Assembly: GCA_965216875.1 (NCBI GenBank)
Contig: OZ244207.1
Span: 2,240,001 to 2,304,000, forward strand
Source: Rubripirellula sp.
GTDB lineage: Bacteria; Planctomycetota; Planctomycetia; Pirellulales; Pirellulaceae
Direction: 5' to 3'
DNA length: 64,000 nt
The position numbers were made by a program, and so were the translations under genes. Each line of letters starts with the position of its first letter. Positions within the stretch are counted from its first letter, which is position 1. Shown in pieces: positions 37,550 to 48,410 of this stretch. Below the pieces are notes generated by a model. The model did no database searches. It was not told the DNA's origin and saw only the letters and a program-made list of their open reading frames with translations.

Positions 37550-39471
37550 TTGAACATCCAAGCGAACGAATTCCGTGTCGAATCTACAACCGTGCTTCGG
37601 ACGCAAGCGTGGCGGCCGCCAACGAAATCGCCGAGCTGATTCGGTGGCGAGCCGAGCGGGGCCAGACGTGCGTGATTGGCTTGGTCGCAGGGTCATCGCC
37701 CGTCAACGTGTACAGCGAACTCGTGCGCATGCATCGTGACGAAGGATTGTCCTTTGCGAATGTGATCGCGTTTAGCCTGGATGAGTTCTATCCGATGCAG
37801 CCCTACGAGCTGCAAAGCATTTCTCGCTTCATGCACGAGCACTTGCTCGATCACGTTGACATCAAACCATCGAACGTTCACATCCCCGATGGCACGGTCG
37901 CCAAAGATGAAATCAGCGAGTATTGCCGCCAGTTCGAACAGCAAATCCATGACGCTGGTGGGATCGACATCCAGCTCTTAGGAATCAATCGCACTGGGCA
38001 CATCGGATTGAATGAGCCTGGTTCGGACCGAGCGAGTCGGACACGAAAGATCACACTCGACAATGTGACGCGGACCGATGCGGCGAGCGACTTCTTTGGC
38101 GCCGAGAACGTGCCCCGCTATGCCATCACGATGGGCGTCGGCACGATTCTGCAAGCACGCAAAATCTTGTTGCTCGCGTTCGGCGAGGGCAAGTCCGCGA
38201 TCGTTGCGCGCACGATCGAAGGCTACGCAAACTCGAGTGTGCCGGCGACCTTCTTACAAGATCATCCCAACACAAGTGTGTTGCTTGACGAAGCCGCAGC
38301 GAGTGGTTTGACCCGCGTTCATTCGCCATGGCTATTGGGCGACGTCAAATGGGATGAAGGCACAATCAGGCGCGCGGTGATCGATCTCGCCGGTGACGTC
38401 GGCAAGGCCATCCTGAAACTCACCGACGCCGACTACAACGAACAGGGGCTCCAGGATTTGTTGGCCGCCCACGGCAGCGCCTACGACCTTAACTTGCGCG
38501 TCTTTCGGCACATGCAAGGGACGATCACCGGTTGGCCGGGAGGCAAACCTGAGCATGCCAAGCAAGCTGGTGATCGACCAGGACATCGTGACGACATTTT
38601 TCCCAAACGTGTGATTGTCTTTTCACCACACCCGGATGACGATGTCATCTCGATGGGCGGTACGCTGATCCGTTTGGTTGATCAGGGGCACGAAGTCCAC
38701 ATCGCCTATCAAACGTCGGGCAACATCGCCGTCTTTGATGAAGACGCTTTGCGTTTTGCCGAGTTTGTCGAAGACTTTTGCGAAGAGTTTCAAATCCAGG
38801 CCGATGGTCTGGACAAGCTCGCCTCGCACGTTGATGAATTCCTGCGGAACAAGCGATCCGGTCAGGTCGACAGCGACCAAGTGCAACGCATCAAAGGGCT
38901 GATTCGACGCGGCGAAGCGCGCGAGGGTGCGCGCTGCTGTGGCGTTGCCGACAAACACCTTCATTTTCTCGATCTGCCCTTCTACCAAACCGGCCGAGTC
39001 AAAAAGAGTCCGCTCGGCCAAGAAGACATCGACATCACCGTCGATCTACTAAGGCAGGTCAAGCCACATCAAATCTACGCGGCCGGCGACTTGTCTGACC
39101 CACACGGAACTCACCGCACGTGTCTGTCAGCGATCCTTCGTGGCTGCTTGGAATGTCGCAAAGACAACTGGTACGGCGACTGTGCCGTTTGGCTTTACCG
39201 AGGCGCGTGGCAGGAATGGGCGCCACATCAAATTGAAATGGCCGTACCTCTGAGTCCAGAAGAAGTTGCCCGCAAACGTGCCGCCATCTTCAAGCATGAA
39301 TCCCAAAAGGACCGTGCTTTGTTCCCTGGCTCAGACATGCGCGAGTTCTGGCAGCGAGCCGAATCACGAAACTCGGAAACCGCAAAACGATACGACGCCC
39401 TCGGTTTAGCCGAGTACGCCGCCATCGAAGGCTTCGTCAAATGGGACGGACAATCCGGAATCGAGCTCTGA
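37546..39471 (+). CDS. nagB: Glucosamine-6-phosphate deaminase fused to a PIG-L/LmbE-type deacetylase domain
   Basis: GSSP, LDEFYPM, GGIDIQLLGI, GHIGLNEPGS, AITMGVGTI; C-terminal FSPHPDDDVISMGGT, DPHGTH, IFKHESQKD. Confidence 0.9.
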   Translation: MIEHPSERIPCRIYNRASDASVAAANEIAELIRWRAERGQTCVIGLVAGSSPVNVYSELVRMHRDEGLSFANVIAFSLDEFYPMQPYELQSISRFMHEHLLDHVDIKPSNVHIPDGTVAKDEISEYCRQFEQQIHDAGGIDIQLLGINRTGHIGLNEPGSDRASRTRKITLDNVTRTDAASDFFGAENVPRYAITMGVGTILQARKILLLAFGEGKSAIVARTIEGYANSSVPATFLQDHPNTSVLLDEAAASGLTRVHSPWLLGDVKWDEGTIRRAVIDLAGDVGKAILKLTDADYNEQGLQDLLAAHGSAYDLNLRVFRHMQGTITGWPGGKPEHAKQAGDRPGHRDDIFPKRVIVFSPHPDDDVISMGGTLIRLVDQGHEVHIAYQTSGNIAVFDEDALRFAEFVEDFCEEFQIQADGLDKLASHVDEFLRNKRSGQVDSDQVQRIKGLIRRGEAREGARCCGVADKHLHFLDLPFYQTGRVKKSPLGQEDIDITVDLLRQVKPHQIYAAGDLSDPHGTHRTCLSAILRGCLECRKDNWYGDCAVWLYRGAWQEWAPHQIEMAVPLSPEEVARKRAAIFKHESQKDRALFPGSDMREFWQRAESRNSETAKRYDALGLAEYAAIEGFVKWDGQSGIEL

Positions 39472-39705
39472 TTCAGCAGGTCGACCGATGCACTAACCGT
39501 TTGTCGTACCGGCCCTTAGGGGAATCTTCAGACGCCACCGCCTAAGCGCAGGCCCAGGAACTCACCACAACAACGCGCGAGGTGCATTGGACGTAGGGTC
39601 GCTCGTTGAAAGTGCTTTTTGCGGCAGGATTCTTGGTCAGGTCAAATAAGTGACATGCCTTCCACGCGCGTTCCTGCCCCCTCCCCGCAACCTCCGAGAA
39701 AACCG

Positions 39706-42015
39706 ATGGCCTCCTTGAACCGACGACGAACACTGCAAGTCATGGGTGCCGGCACGGCTGCGATCGGAATCGCCAGTAACGCGTCGGCGCAATCTTCGGG
39801 GATCGAACCCACCTTTGCCGATTCGTGGCACCAGACACACGACCGCGTTTGGCTCGGTGAAGAGGTTTGGGCCAACCCGATGGAGGACTGGCGAGTCGTC
39901 GATGGTGCTGCCGAATGCCAGACGACCGGTGGAAACCGAAACATCCAATTGCTCACCCATCAGGTCACCAACCCCGAGGGTGCCTTTGGGATGTCGGTTT
40001 TGGTCGAACACGTCGAGACAAAGAAAGAAGACTCGGGAGCCGGCTTTCGATTCGGCATCCAAAGTGACCTGAACGAATACCGCAGCAACTGCTTTGCCAA
40101 AGGAGGCATCAATGCAGGCGTCGCGGCAGGCAAACTCTTGTTGGGACGAAAAAGCGATAAGCTCGCTGCGACTTCCGATGCCTATCGCCTGACCCTCTCA
40201 GGAGGACCCTCGGGTGACAACTTTCGCTTGACGCTGTTGGTTACCGATTCCCAAGGAAAGCAGCTTGGCCGGTTGAGCGAAACCTTCTCGCGCGATGCGG
40301 TCCTTGGCAACGTCGGGCTCGTGTGCAACTACAACGCGCGACTGAACAAAGGGCAAGGTGCAAGGTATCGATTCAGTGAATGGTCCGTTGGCGGAAACGC
40401 ATTCACCGTGTCGCCAAGCCACAAATTCGGGCCAATCCTTTGGGCGATGTACTCACTGAGCGACTCGCGATCCGACGAAGGCTTCGTGTTGAAAATCTCG
40501 GCGCTCACCGGACCACTCGGCGACCGTGATAACGACAAGGTCGAGCTGCGCGTCAATCGACAGGGCAAATGGGAATCGCTGGCTGAGGCGAAGCTCGATC
40601 ACGATGCTTGGACTGCAACCTTCCGCGTGCCTCATTGGGATGCGACGGCCGAAACGCCTTACCGATTGGTGTACCGGCAGAACCTACGCGACGGCGGTTC
40701 GAAAGCTTCCTTCTTTGAAGGCAAGATCAAATCGAACCCATCGGGTCGCCCGCTCAGACTCGGTGCGCTGACTTGCCAAAAGGATTACGGATTTCCTTAC
40801 CAGCCCGTTGCAAACAACATCGTTAAGCTCGATCCCGACATGATCTATTTTTCGGGGGACCAGCTGTATGAGAACCACGGTGGTTATGGGCTGATCCGCG
40901 AGCCGGCGGAACCAGCAATCCTGAACTACTTGCGCAAGTTCTATATGTTCGGAATGGCGTTTCGCGACGCGATGCGTGATCGACCCACCCTTTGTATTCC
41001 CGACGATCACGATGTTTTTCAAGGCAACATTTGGGGCGAAGGCGGAGCGCCGATGGCGGGGATTGCCAAGGGGGCGTCATCCAAAGGCGGCTACCGTGAG
41101 CCCGCGCGGATGGTCAATGCCGTGCACCGAACGTGTGCAGGACACCATCCCGATTACTACGATCCCAAACCCTGCAAGCAAGACATCAGCGTTTACTTCG
41201 GCGACATGGTCTACGGCGGAGTGTCCTTCGCAATCCTCGGCGATCGTCAGTTTAAGAGTGGCCCCGAACGCGTCGACACCGGGCCCGGTCGCGCCGACCA
41301 CGTGCCCGATAAGGATTTTGACACGTCGACGCTCGATCAGCCCGGGTTGGAACTACTCGGCAAACGCCAAGAAGGCTTCCTGCGAGAATGGGTCAAAGAC
41401 TGGCGTGGGCACTCGATGAAAGTGCTATTGAGCCAAACCGTCTTTGCGGGCGTCGCAACGCATCATGGTGGTGCGAGCGGTTATCTAAAAGCCGATCTCG
41501 ATTCGGGCGGTTGGCCACAAACCCCGCGTGACAACGCGATCCGCATTCTGCGTGAGGGGATGCCGCTTCATATTAATGGCGACCAACACCTGACAACACT
41601 TTCTCAATACGGTGTCGACAAGCAACGTGATGGCTGCTGGTCATTTTGCACACCCGCGATCGCTGCAGGATACCCGCGGTGGTGGCGCCCCGATGATGTC
41701 GGAATGGATCACCAGAACAGGCCCCAGCATGGTCACGACAACACGGGCGAATACACCGACGGTCTCGGCAACAAGGTCTATGTCTACGCCGTAGGTAATC
41801 CTGAAGTCGGAACCAAAAAGAACCGCTACGACTTGGCGCATCAGAAGGGAAGCGGCTTTGGCCTCGTGACCATTGATACGGTGGCAAAAACGTACCTGAT
41901 TGAAGCGTTTCGGTTCCTCATCGACGCGACCGATGGGAACCCGCAAAACCAGTTCCCTGGTTGGCCCGTGACGATTCACCAAAAAGAGAATCGCGGCGAA
42001 AACGTCGTTGCGTAG
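39706..42015 (+). CDS. PhoD-like (alkaline phosphatase D) metallophosphoesterase, Tat-exported
   Basis: [50 protein letters not shown]. Confidence 0.85.
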   Translation: MASLNRRRTLQVMGAGTAAIGIASNASAQSSGIEPTFADSWHQTHDRVWLGEEVWANPMEDWRVVDGAAECQTTGGNRNIQLLTHQVTNPEGAFGMSVLVEHVETKKEDSGAGFRFGIQSDLNEYRSNCFAKGGINAGVAAGKLLLGRKSDKLAATSDAYRLTLSGGPSGDNFRLTLLVTDSQGKQLGRLSETFSRDAVLGNVGLVCNYNARLNKGQGARYRFSEWSVGGNAFTVSPSHKFGPILWAMYSLSDSRSDEGFVLKISALTGPLGDRDNDKVELRVNRQGKWESLAEAKLDHDAWTATFRVPHWDATAETPYRLVYRQNLRDGGSKASFFEGKIKSNPSGRPLRLGALTCQKDYGFPYQPVANNIVKLDPDMIYFSGDQLYENHGGYGLIREPAEPAILNYLRKFYMFGMAFRDAMRDRPTLCIPDDHDVFQGNIWGEGGAPMAGIAKGASSKGGYREPARMVNAVHRTCAGHHPDYYDPKPCKQDISVYFGDMVYGGVSFAILGDRQFKSGPERVDTGPGRADHVPDKDFDTSTLDQPGLELLGKRQEGFLREWVKDWRGHSMKVLLSQTVFAGVATHHGGASGYLKADLDSGGWPQTPRDNAIRILREGMPLHINGDQHLTTLSQYGVDKQRDGCWSFCTPAIAAGYPRWWRPDDVGMDHQNRPQHGHDNTGEYTDGLGNKVYVYAVGNPEVGTKKNRYDLAHQKGSGFGLVTIDTVAKTYLIEAFRFLIDATDGNPQNQFPGWPVTIHQKENRGENVVA

Positions 42016-42084
42016 CAGCATCGAGTTGATCGGCATCGGTTTCGAACGTAGGACGCAATATTCGAAACCTGCTACAACTAGGAA

Positions 42085-43404
42085 ATGGACGAGCAATCAG
42101 AATCGAGTGAGTCAAAGCCGGAGCCGCGACGCCGGCTGCACCCATCAACCCTGGTTGCCTGCCTGCTTACGAGCCTCGCCCTGATTCTCTTGTTGTTTCC
42201 AGGACGAATTGATCGTCAGTGGGACGTCTACACCTCCAAAGACACGCTCAAGCCGGTCATTCCCCGGTTTTCAGATCGCGTCGATCTTCTACACGGTTGG
42301 CCGCTCACCTTCCTTGCCCGCGATCCGTTCCCCGAAACGACGCCGCCATCCGCAGGTATCTCGTATTGGGGCCTGACTACGAATGTTCGATGGTTTCGTT
42401 TAGACGCCCTGCTCGCGGACATCGTTTTGCTGGTCGCGTTGCTCTGGGTGACCGGCTGGCTGTTCGAGAATTGGCGGCGACGGCGCAACCATATCCTTCA
42501 GCTACACGTGATCGACGTTTTGTTGATTGCGGTGGTTGTTGCGGTTGGCTCAGGCGTCTTGGCATACCAGTATTCGGTCTTGCGACTCGAGCAGCGCGCT
42601 CTTGCGCGAGTCAACGCCTACCAGCCCAAGAGTGTCAACTGGGGCAACCGAACCTTCGACCGCGCCCGTTGGCAACCAAGTCGATTCGCGTGGATCAAAC
42701 AACTGTACGAGCACGAATACGTTTCGGTGTTCGACCGCATCGTCGGATTCGAAGTGGGCGGCGAGGAGTTGCCCCTGCTTTCCGAACTCAAGCACCTCCG
42801 CTTTGTCAACGTTCGTGGCACGGCGTCGAACGAGCAGCTACACACTCTGTCAAAACTTCCGGAACTCGAAGTGCTCGACCTGACCGTTTCGCAGTTGAAA
42901 GGAAGCGATGATGCTCTCCAGCTTCCGCCACTACCCAATCTTGCGGCGTTGAATTTCGGAGGTTCCGCTGCGTACCGCGGCGATGGCCTGGAACACTTGC
43001 AGGCTGTCACCACGCTCGATCTTACTGGAACCGCAATTGACGATGGAGGATTGGCAAAGCTCGCGGGACTAAAGAACCTCAAACACTTGTACCTCGATGC
43101 GACCATGGTCACCAACGACGGACTTGTGGTTTTGCAACAGTGTCCAGCGATCGAACGGTTGTCCATTCGCTTTGTCGAAATTGACGAAGTTGGACTGGCC
43201 CATCTTGCCGCACTCCCGAACCTTGAACTCTTGTACCTTTACCGAGTTGATCCGCTGTCCGATGAAGAGCAAGCGATCGTTGCCTCGATGCCACGATTGC
43301 GAAATCCGGACTTGGGACTTGCGCCCGATGAGGAACTTCGTGACCTTCGCCGGGCATTTGACTCGGACATCAAACGAATCTTTGACAACCAAGAGATTCG
43401 CTAA
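42085..43404 (+). CDS. Membrane protein with C-terminal leucine-rich repeats
   Basis: Three hydrophobic segments, HGWP motif, LRRs such as LKNLKHLYLDATMVTNDGL. Confidence 0.78.
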   Translation: MDEQSESSESKPEPRRRLHPSTLVACLLTSLALILLLFPGRIDRQWDVYTSKDTLKPVIPRFSDRVDLLHGWPLTFLARDPFPETTPPSAGISYWGLTTNVRWFRLDALLADIVLLVALLWVTGWLFENWRRRRNHILQLHVIDVLLIAVVVAVGSGVLAYQYSVLRLEQRALARVNAYQPKSVNWGNRTFDRARWQPSRFAWIKQLYEHEYVSVFDRIVGFEVGGEELPLLSELKHLRFVNVRGTASNEQLHTLSKLPELEVLDLTVSQLKGSDDALQLPPLPNLAALNFGGSAAYRGDGLEHLQAVTTLDLTGTAIDDGGLAKLAGLKNLKHLYLDATMVTNDGLVVLQQCPAIERLSIRFVEIDEVGLAHLAALPNLELLYLYRVDPLSDEEQAIVASMPRLRNPDLGLAPDEELRDLRRAFDSDIKRIFDNQEIR

Positions 43405-43445
43405 CAAGAACCACGCCAAATCTGCGAATAGCCCCCGACACGTCG

Positions 43446-44219
43446 TTGGAGACAAACTTGCCTGAAGAGAAAGACCTCGAGAACGATTCACCCCGTGCTA
43501 GCGGACCGTCTCAACCTCTTGTTCATCAATGGGTGCTCGGTGGCATCACAGCTGCTGCCTCTCGCTTTATTCCGATCCCGTTTGTCGACGACATCGTCAA
43601 AACCCGTAGTCGCCAGTTTGTTGTCGCGCGAACATTGGCCGAACACAAATGTACCTTTCGCTCCAAACAACTCTTCGCAATCTACGGTGACACCGGCGGA
43701 TGCGTGTCGGGGTGCATCGGCTTTGTCATCATGCTCCCGGTCAAATTGCTTTTGTTCCCCATTCGCAAGATCGTCAAACTTGTGACCGCCGTCCATGGCG
43801 TCCCGATGGACCTGATTCGAACGGTGTTGATCGCCAAGACGGTTGATCGCTGCATTCGGCTCGGTTTGATCGAAACGACCGACGACCCGAACAGTGCAGC
43901 AAAAAGGGCGGTGCAGGCCACACATATTCGCGCTGCCTTTGATGAAGCCTTTCAAGGCATCGATTGGCTCGCCGTGCGGACGGCTCTTGGCGATGCGTTT
44001 TCACAGATGGATGGCTGGCGCCGCGCCGCGATTCGACTCGCCAAACGAGCGTTCCGCGGTAATGACAATCCGATCGATCCAATGTCGGGTGACGACGAAG
44101 TCAACGAGAGCGCCAAACAGATCGAAGCCATCCTGCGGAAGCCAGAGACGCTCGAGTTGCTGAAACGATTTGAAGAGCGATTTGACGCGGCCTTGGTCAT
44201 CGCGTCGAACCCCGCCTAA
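43446..44219 (+). CDS. Hypothetical protein
   Basis: 257-aa ORF co-oriented with its neighbours; AASRFIPIPFVDD motif and a hydrophobic segment. Confidence 0.7.
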   Translation: METNLPEEKDLENDSPRASGPSQPLVHQWVLGGITAAASRFIPIPFVDDIVKTRSRQFVVARTLAEHKCTFRSKQLFAIYGDTGGCVSGCIGFVIMLPVKLLLFPIRKIVKLVTAVHGVPMDLIRTVLIAKTVDRCIRLGLIETTDDPNSAAKRAVQATHIRAAFDEAFQGIDWLAVRTALGDAFSQMDGWRRAAIRLAKRAFRGNDNPIDPMSGDDEVNESAKQIEAILRKPETLELLKRFEERFDAALVIASNPA

Positions 44220-44447
44220 GCTCTCCTGTTCTCAGGGCCTGCATTTCAAGGCACGCCCGGGCAAAACGCCTTGCTGAAAAGGCGTTTCTCAACCCAAAAA
44301 ATGCTCCTCCCGCAGCGCTCGGGGGGATAGCGCATCGGAGGGCGTTTGCAAGTACAATCTTGATCCACCACAGCGTCCCCGTTTGTGGCTCCCCGCCTCA
44401 CTTCACCTTCCTTCATGTTCCCCCCTCTTTGAGACATTGGAAACACA

Positions 44448-45755
44448 ATGAATCAAGTTGTACGCATCGCCGCAGCGGCATGTTTTCTTTTCACAGCATC
44501 AAGCAATCTGTTTGGTGAGAATCCACCCGAAGGCTTCACCGCAATCTTCGATGGCAAGACCATGGACGGCTGGAAAGCGCGACCGCACTTCAGCCCCATC
44601 AAGCTCGCCGCCATGTCCGACGAAGAGCGTCAGTCGAAAGAAGACGAATGGATGGCCGATGCCAAAAAGCATTGGACAGTCGAGAATGGCGAGCTCGTCA
44701 ACGATGGACACGGCGCCTACCTCGTGACGGCGAACGACTACCGAGACTATGAGTTGATCCTCGAGTACAAGACCGTTGCACGTGCCGATAGCGGGATCTA
44801 TTTGAAGGGCAACCCACAAGTTCAAATCTGGGATTACACCGACCCCGGCAAATTTGGCATCGGAGCCAACCTTGGCAGTGGCGGCTTGTGGAACAACGGC
44901 AAAGGCGCGGCTGGCAAAGACCCGTTCGTGTTGGCAGACAAGCGATTTGGCGAGTGGAATCGTTTTCACATTCGCCAAGTTGGCGCACGAACCACGGTCT
45001 ATTTGAACGACCAATTGGTTGTCGACAACGCCGTTATGGAAAACTTCTGGGACCGCGAATCACCTCTGTTCGTCGAGGGCCCCATCGAATTGCAAACGCA
45101 CGGCGGAGAAATCCGCTGGCGCAACATCTGGATCAAAGAACTCTCGCCAGAAGAGGCCGCCTCCGCTTTAGCATCACACCAAGGGCAAGCGTTTCAGCCA
45201 GTCTTTAACGGCACCGACCTCACCGGCTGGCAAGGTGCAACCGACAGCTACGAAGTCGTCGAGGGTGCGATCCGATGCAAAAAGGGAACCGGCGGCTTGC
45301 TGCTAACCGAAAAGGAATATGGCAACTTTGTCGTGCGTCTTGAGTTCAAGTTGCCTCCGCATGGCAACAACGGATTGGCCATTCGCTCGTCCGGCAAGGG
45401 CGACCCAGCGTATTCAGCGATGTGCGAATTACAGGTTCTCGATTCGGAACACCCCGGTTACGCCAAACTAGATGATCGCCAGTACCATGGCAGCGCTTAC
45501 GGCATGGTTGCAGCGCGTCGCGGTTTCCTTCGCGAGCCGGGTCAGTGGAACTTCCAAGAGGTGACCGTCAATGGCAGCACGATCAAAGTAGAGCTAAACG
45601 GTTCGGTCATCCTCGACACCGACTTGGCAAACGTCAGCGAATACATGGGTGGCCGGCCCCATCCTGGAAAAGATCGCGACAAGGGATTCTTCGGGTTTGC
45701 CGGTCACGGCGACGCCGTCGAATTTCGAAACGTTTCGATCAAGGAATTGCCGTAA
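44448..45755 (+). CDS. Tandem DUF1080 (3-keto-disaccharide hydrolase-like) protein, secreted
   Basis: Two domains: IFDGKTMDGW..DSGIYL..GEWN..GPIELQTHG..WRNIWIKEL and VFNGTDLTGW..NNGLAIR..ELQVLD..GQWN..FRNVSIKEL. Confidence 0.9.
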   Translation: MNQVVRIAAAACFLFTASSNLFGENPPEGFTAIFDGKTMDGWKARPHFSPIKLAAMSDEERQSKEDEWMADAKKHWTVENGELVNDGHGAYLVTANDYRDYELILEYKTVARADSGIYLKGNPQVQIWDYTDPGKFGIGANLGSGGLWNNGKGAAGKDPFVLADKRFGEWNRFHIRQVGARTTVYLNDQLVVDNAVMENFWDRESPLFVEGPIELQTHGGEIRWRNIWIKELSPEEAASALASHQGQAFQPVFNGTDLTGWQGATDSYEVVEGAIRCKKGTGGLLLTEKEYGNFVVRLEFKLPPHGNNGLAIRSSGKGDPAYSAMCELQVLDSEHPGYAKLDDRQYHGSAYGMVAARRGFLREPGQWNFQEVTVNGSTIKVELNGSVILDTDLANVSEYMGGRPHPGKDRDKGFFGFAGHGDAVEFRNVSIKELP

Positions 45756-45837
45756 AGCAATTCGGTCGGCATTATCGAAGCCGAAATCGCGCATCCCTGT
45801 CTGGTACATTGCCGATGGGGATGCGTTTGGCATGAAT

Positions 45838-45900
45838 GTCGCCTTTCGCTCCGCGAAAGTAGCGTTTGCAAGCGCACCTTTTTGCAGAGCAAAAGGCGAT
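45838..45900. repeat. REP doublet, family D
   Basis: GTCGCCTTTCGCTCCGCGAAAG...TTTTGCAGAGCAAAAGGCGAT imperfect inverted pair. Confidence 0.75.
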
Positions 45901-46120
45901 TTTTTTGTACTCACGCGTCTTAGCGGAATGCGACACGATTCCGGCTAAAGCTCGGTACTACGAACGGGGCAGCCTCAACGTTCCCGCGCTTCAACGTGTG
46001 CCGCCTCTTCTTTCCCGCTGCGCACGAGACTAAAATCGCGACCAGCCGAAACGGGTTGGATTGACCGTCCAGGCCCCAAAAACACGCATCTCGTCACCAC
46101 TGCTGGAGTCACCCAGAGAA

Positions 46121-47902
46121 ATGTCACGCACTCTCGTCCTGTTGCTGCTAGCAACGATTGCCACGGTCACGGCTCGCCCCAACCTGGTGGCCGCCGAAAA
46201 GCCCAACGTCGTGATTGTGATGACCGATGACCAAGGTTACGGAGACCTCTCCTGCTTGGGCAATCCGATCCTCAAGACTCCGAAGATCGACGAACTCTTC
46301 GCCCAATCGGTTCGGCTCAAAGACTACCACGTTGCCCCAACCTGTTCGCCAACGCGCTGCGCGTTCCTGACCGGACATTGGACCAACCGTACCGGCGTTT
46401 GGCACACGATCATGGGCCGGTCGATGCTTCGTGAAAACGAAATCACGATGGGCCAAGTCTTCAAGGACAACGGCTACGCCACGGGTATGTTTGGCAAGTG
46501 GCATCTTGGCGACAATTACCCGTATCGCCCGGAAGATCGCGGCTTTACCGAAGTCATGCGTCATGGCGGCGGCGGCGTCGGACAGACACCTGACTACTGG
46601 GACAACGCCTATTTTGACGGAAGCTATTGGCACAACGGCGAACCAACTCCGGTCAAAGGATTCTGCACCGACGTCTTCTTCGATTACGCAAAGCAGTTCA
46701 TCAAGGATTCGAAGGACTCGGGAAAACCCTTCTTGGCCTACATTGCGACCAACGCTCCGCATGGCCCGATGCACTCGCCCGTTGGCTATAGCGAACCCTA
46801 TCAAGACCAAGGCAAGAACCTTGCCAACTTCTATGGCATGATTGCCAACATTGACGACAACGTTGGCAAGCTCCGCCAATTCCTTGCCGATCAAGGGCTG
46901 ACCGAAAACACGATCTTCATTTTCACGACCGACAACGGAACCTCTTCGGGGCACCGTGTCTTCAACGCCGGGATGCGTGGCAACAAGGGAAGTGAATACG
47001 ACGGGGGCCATCGTGTGCCCTTCTTCATGCATTGGCCCGCTGGCGACCTCGACGAGGCTCGCGACGTCGAGCCGATTACCGCCTACGTCGATGTGCTGCC
47101 AACGCTGATCGATCTCTGCAAAATCACCCCGCCCAGCGGTGTCAAATTCGACGGACGCTCGATCGCCCAATTGATCTACGGCGAATCCGACAAAGCTTGG
47201 CCCGATCGCATCCTCGTCACCGACTCACAGCGAGTGAAGGACCCGATCAAGTGGCGTAAGAGTTCGGTAATGACCACGCGTTGGCGTTTGATCAACGGCA
47301 AAGAGCTTTACGACATCAAAGCCGACCCGAGCCAAACGACCGATATCGCTGAAGCGCATCCCGATGTCGTGTCGAAGTTGACCGGCTTTTATGAAGATTG
47401 GTGGACGGAGCTTGAGCCAACCTTTTCCAACGCGACCTCGATCTACCTTGGCCATCCTGATGCAAACCCCGTGACTCTGACATCGCACGACTGGATCACC
47501 ACGGGCTCAACCCCCTGGAACCAGGCTCACATCCGCAAAGCGGTCACCGGCAAGAAGAACACGGGGTTCTGGTACGTGAAAGTTGTCGAAGACGGTACCT
47601 ATGAAGTCCGTTTGCGTCGTTGGCCTCAGGAAGCTGATCTGCCGATTGACGCGCCACTAGCTAAGGGAGCTCCCGTGCCGGGCGTTGACGCGTTTCGAAC
47701 TGCGGCGGGCGTAAGTATCAAGGCCAACAAAGCGACGCTCAAAATCGGCGACGTGTCCGAGTCGGGCTCCGTGCCCGCAGGCGCAAAAGAGGTTAAGTTT
47801 GAAGTCGAGTTGAGGGCCGGCACGACGCAGATGGAGGCGTTATTCGAAACCGCTGATGGGAAAACCTACGGTGCCTACTACGCCTACGTCACCAAGAAAT
47901 AG
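46121..47902 (+). CDS. Arylsulfatase-like sulfatase (S1) with C-terminal beta-domain, secreted
   Basis: PNVVIVMTDDQGYGD, CSPTRCAFLTG, GKWHLG, NAPH, TDNG, KGSEYDGGHRVP. Confidence 0.94.
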   Translation: MSRTLVLLLLATIATVTARPNLVAAEKPNVVIVMTDDQGYGDLSCLGNPILKTPKIDELFAQSVRLKDYHVAPTCSPTRCAFLTGHWTNRTGVWHTIMGRSMLRENEITMGQVFKDNGYATGMFGKWHLGDNYPYRPEDRGFTEVMRHGGGGVGQTPDYWDNAYFDGSYWHNGEPTPVKGFCTDVFFDYAKQFIKDSKDSGKPFLAYIATNAPHGPMHSPVGYSEPYQDQGKNLANFYGMIANIDDNVGKLRQFLADQGLTENTIFIFTTDNGTSSGHRVFNAGMRGNKGSEYDGGHRVPFFMHWPAGDLDEARDVEPITAYVDVLPTLIDLCKITPPSGVKFDGRSIAQLIYGESDKAWPDRILVTDSQRVKDPIKWRKSSVMTTRWRLINGKELYDIKADPSQTTDIAEAHPDVVSKLTGFYEDWWTELEPTFSNATSIYLGHPDANPVTLTSHDWITTGSTPWNQAHIRKAVTGKKNTGFWYVKVVEDGTYEVRLRRWPQEADLPIDAPLAKGAPVPGVDAFRTAAGVSIKANKATLKIGDVSESGSVPAGAKEVKFEVELRAGTTQMEALFETADGKTYGAYYAYVTKK

Positions 47903-48368
47903 GCGAGCCCCGATTCGACCTTCCCTTAGCAAAGTCGCATGCAGCGCGGTGGTGCTGCTTGCGGTTGGCTGCGGAGCGCCCGATCGCTGCGCGCTGAGCG
48001 GGACCGTAACGCTTGACGGTGAAGCAGTCGCTCGCGGTACGCTCCGATACATGCCAGCCGAAGGCGAAGAAGGTCCCACAGCAATGGCGGTGGTCACCGG
48101 TGGCAAGTACACCTTCACCGCGCTGACCGGGCCTCCGGCGGGTGAATACGAGTTCGTCTTGCGGTCGCATTCGTCAGGCAGCGGCAACACGTCCATTGCC
48201 CCAGAAGACCGGTCTGGCCAAGGCGCAAAGAGTGGGCCATCCAACACTCGCCGCAGCTTCACTGAGCCTGTCAAACCGCCCAGCAAGCAGACTCTGAAGA
48301 TTCAATACGAGGTCACCGACACGCGCAACCTCAACAAAGATTTTGCCTTTACCACCGATGGTGCCTAG
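47856..48368 (+). CDS. Small lipoprotein of the type commonly paired with DUF1559 genes
   Basis: Lipobox LAVGC; LSGTVTLDGEAV; GPPAGEY. Start uncertain (47856 or possibly 47913). Confidence 0.72.
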   Translation: MGKPTVPTTPTSPRNRRAPIRPSLSKVACSAVVLLAVGCGAPDRCALSGTVTLDGEAVARGTLRYMPAEGEEGPTAMAVVTGGKYTFTALTGPPAGEYEFVLRSHSSGSGNTSIAPEDRSGQGAKSGPSNTRRSFTEPVKPPSKQTLKIQYEVTDTRNLNKDFAFTTDGA

Positions 48369-48410
48369 GATTCCTTCGCACACCCCCGCTGGCGAGGTTA
48401 TCCTGGGCTC

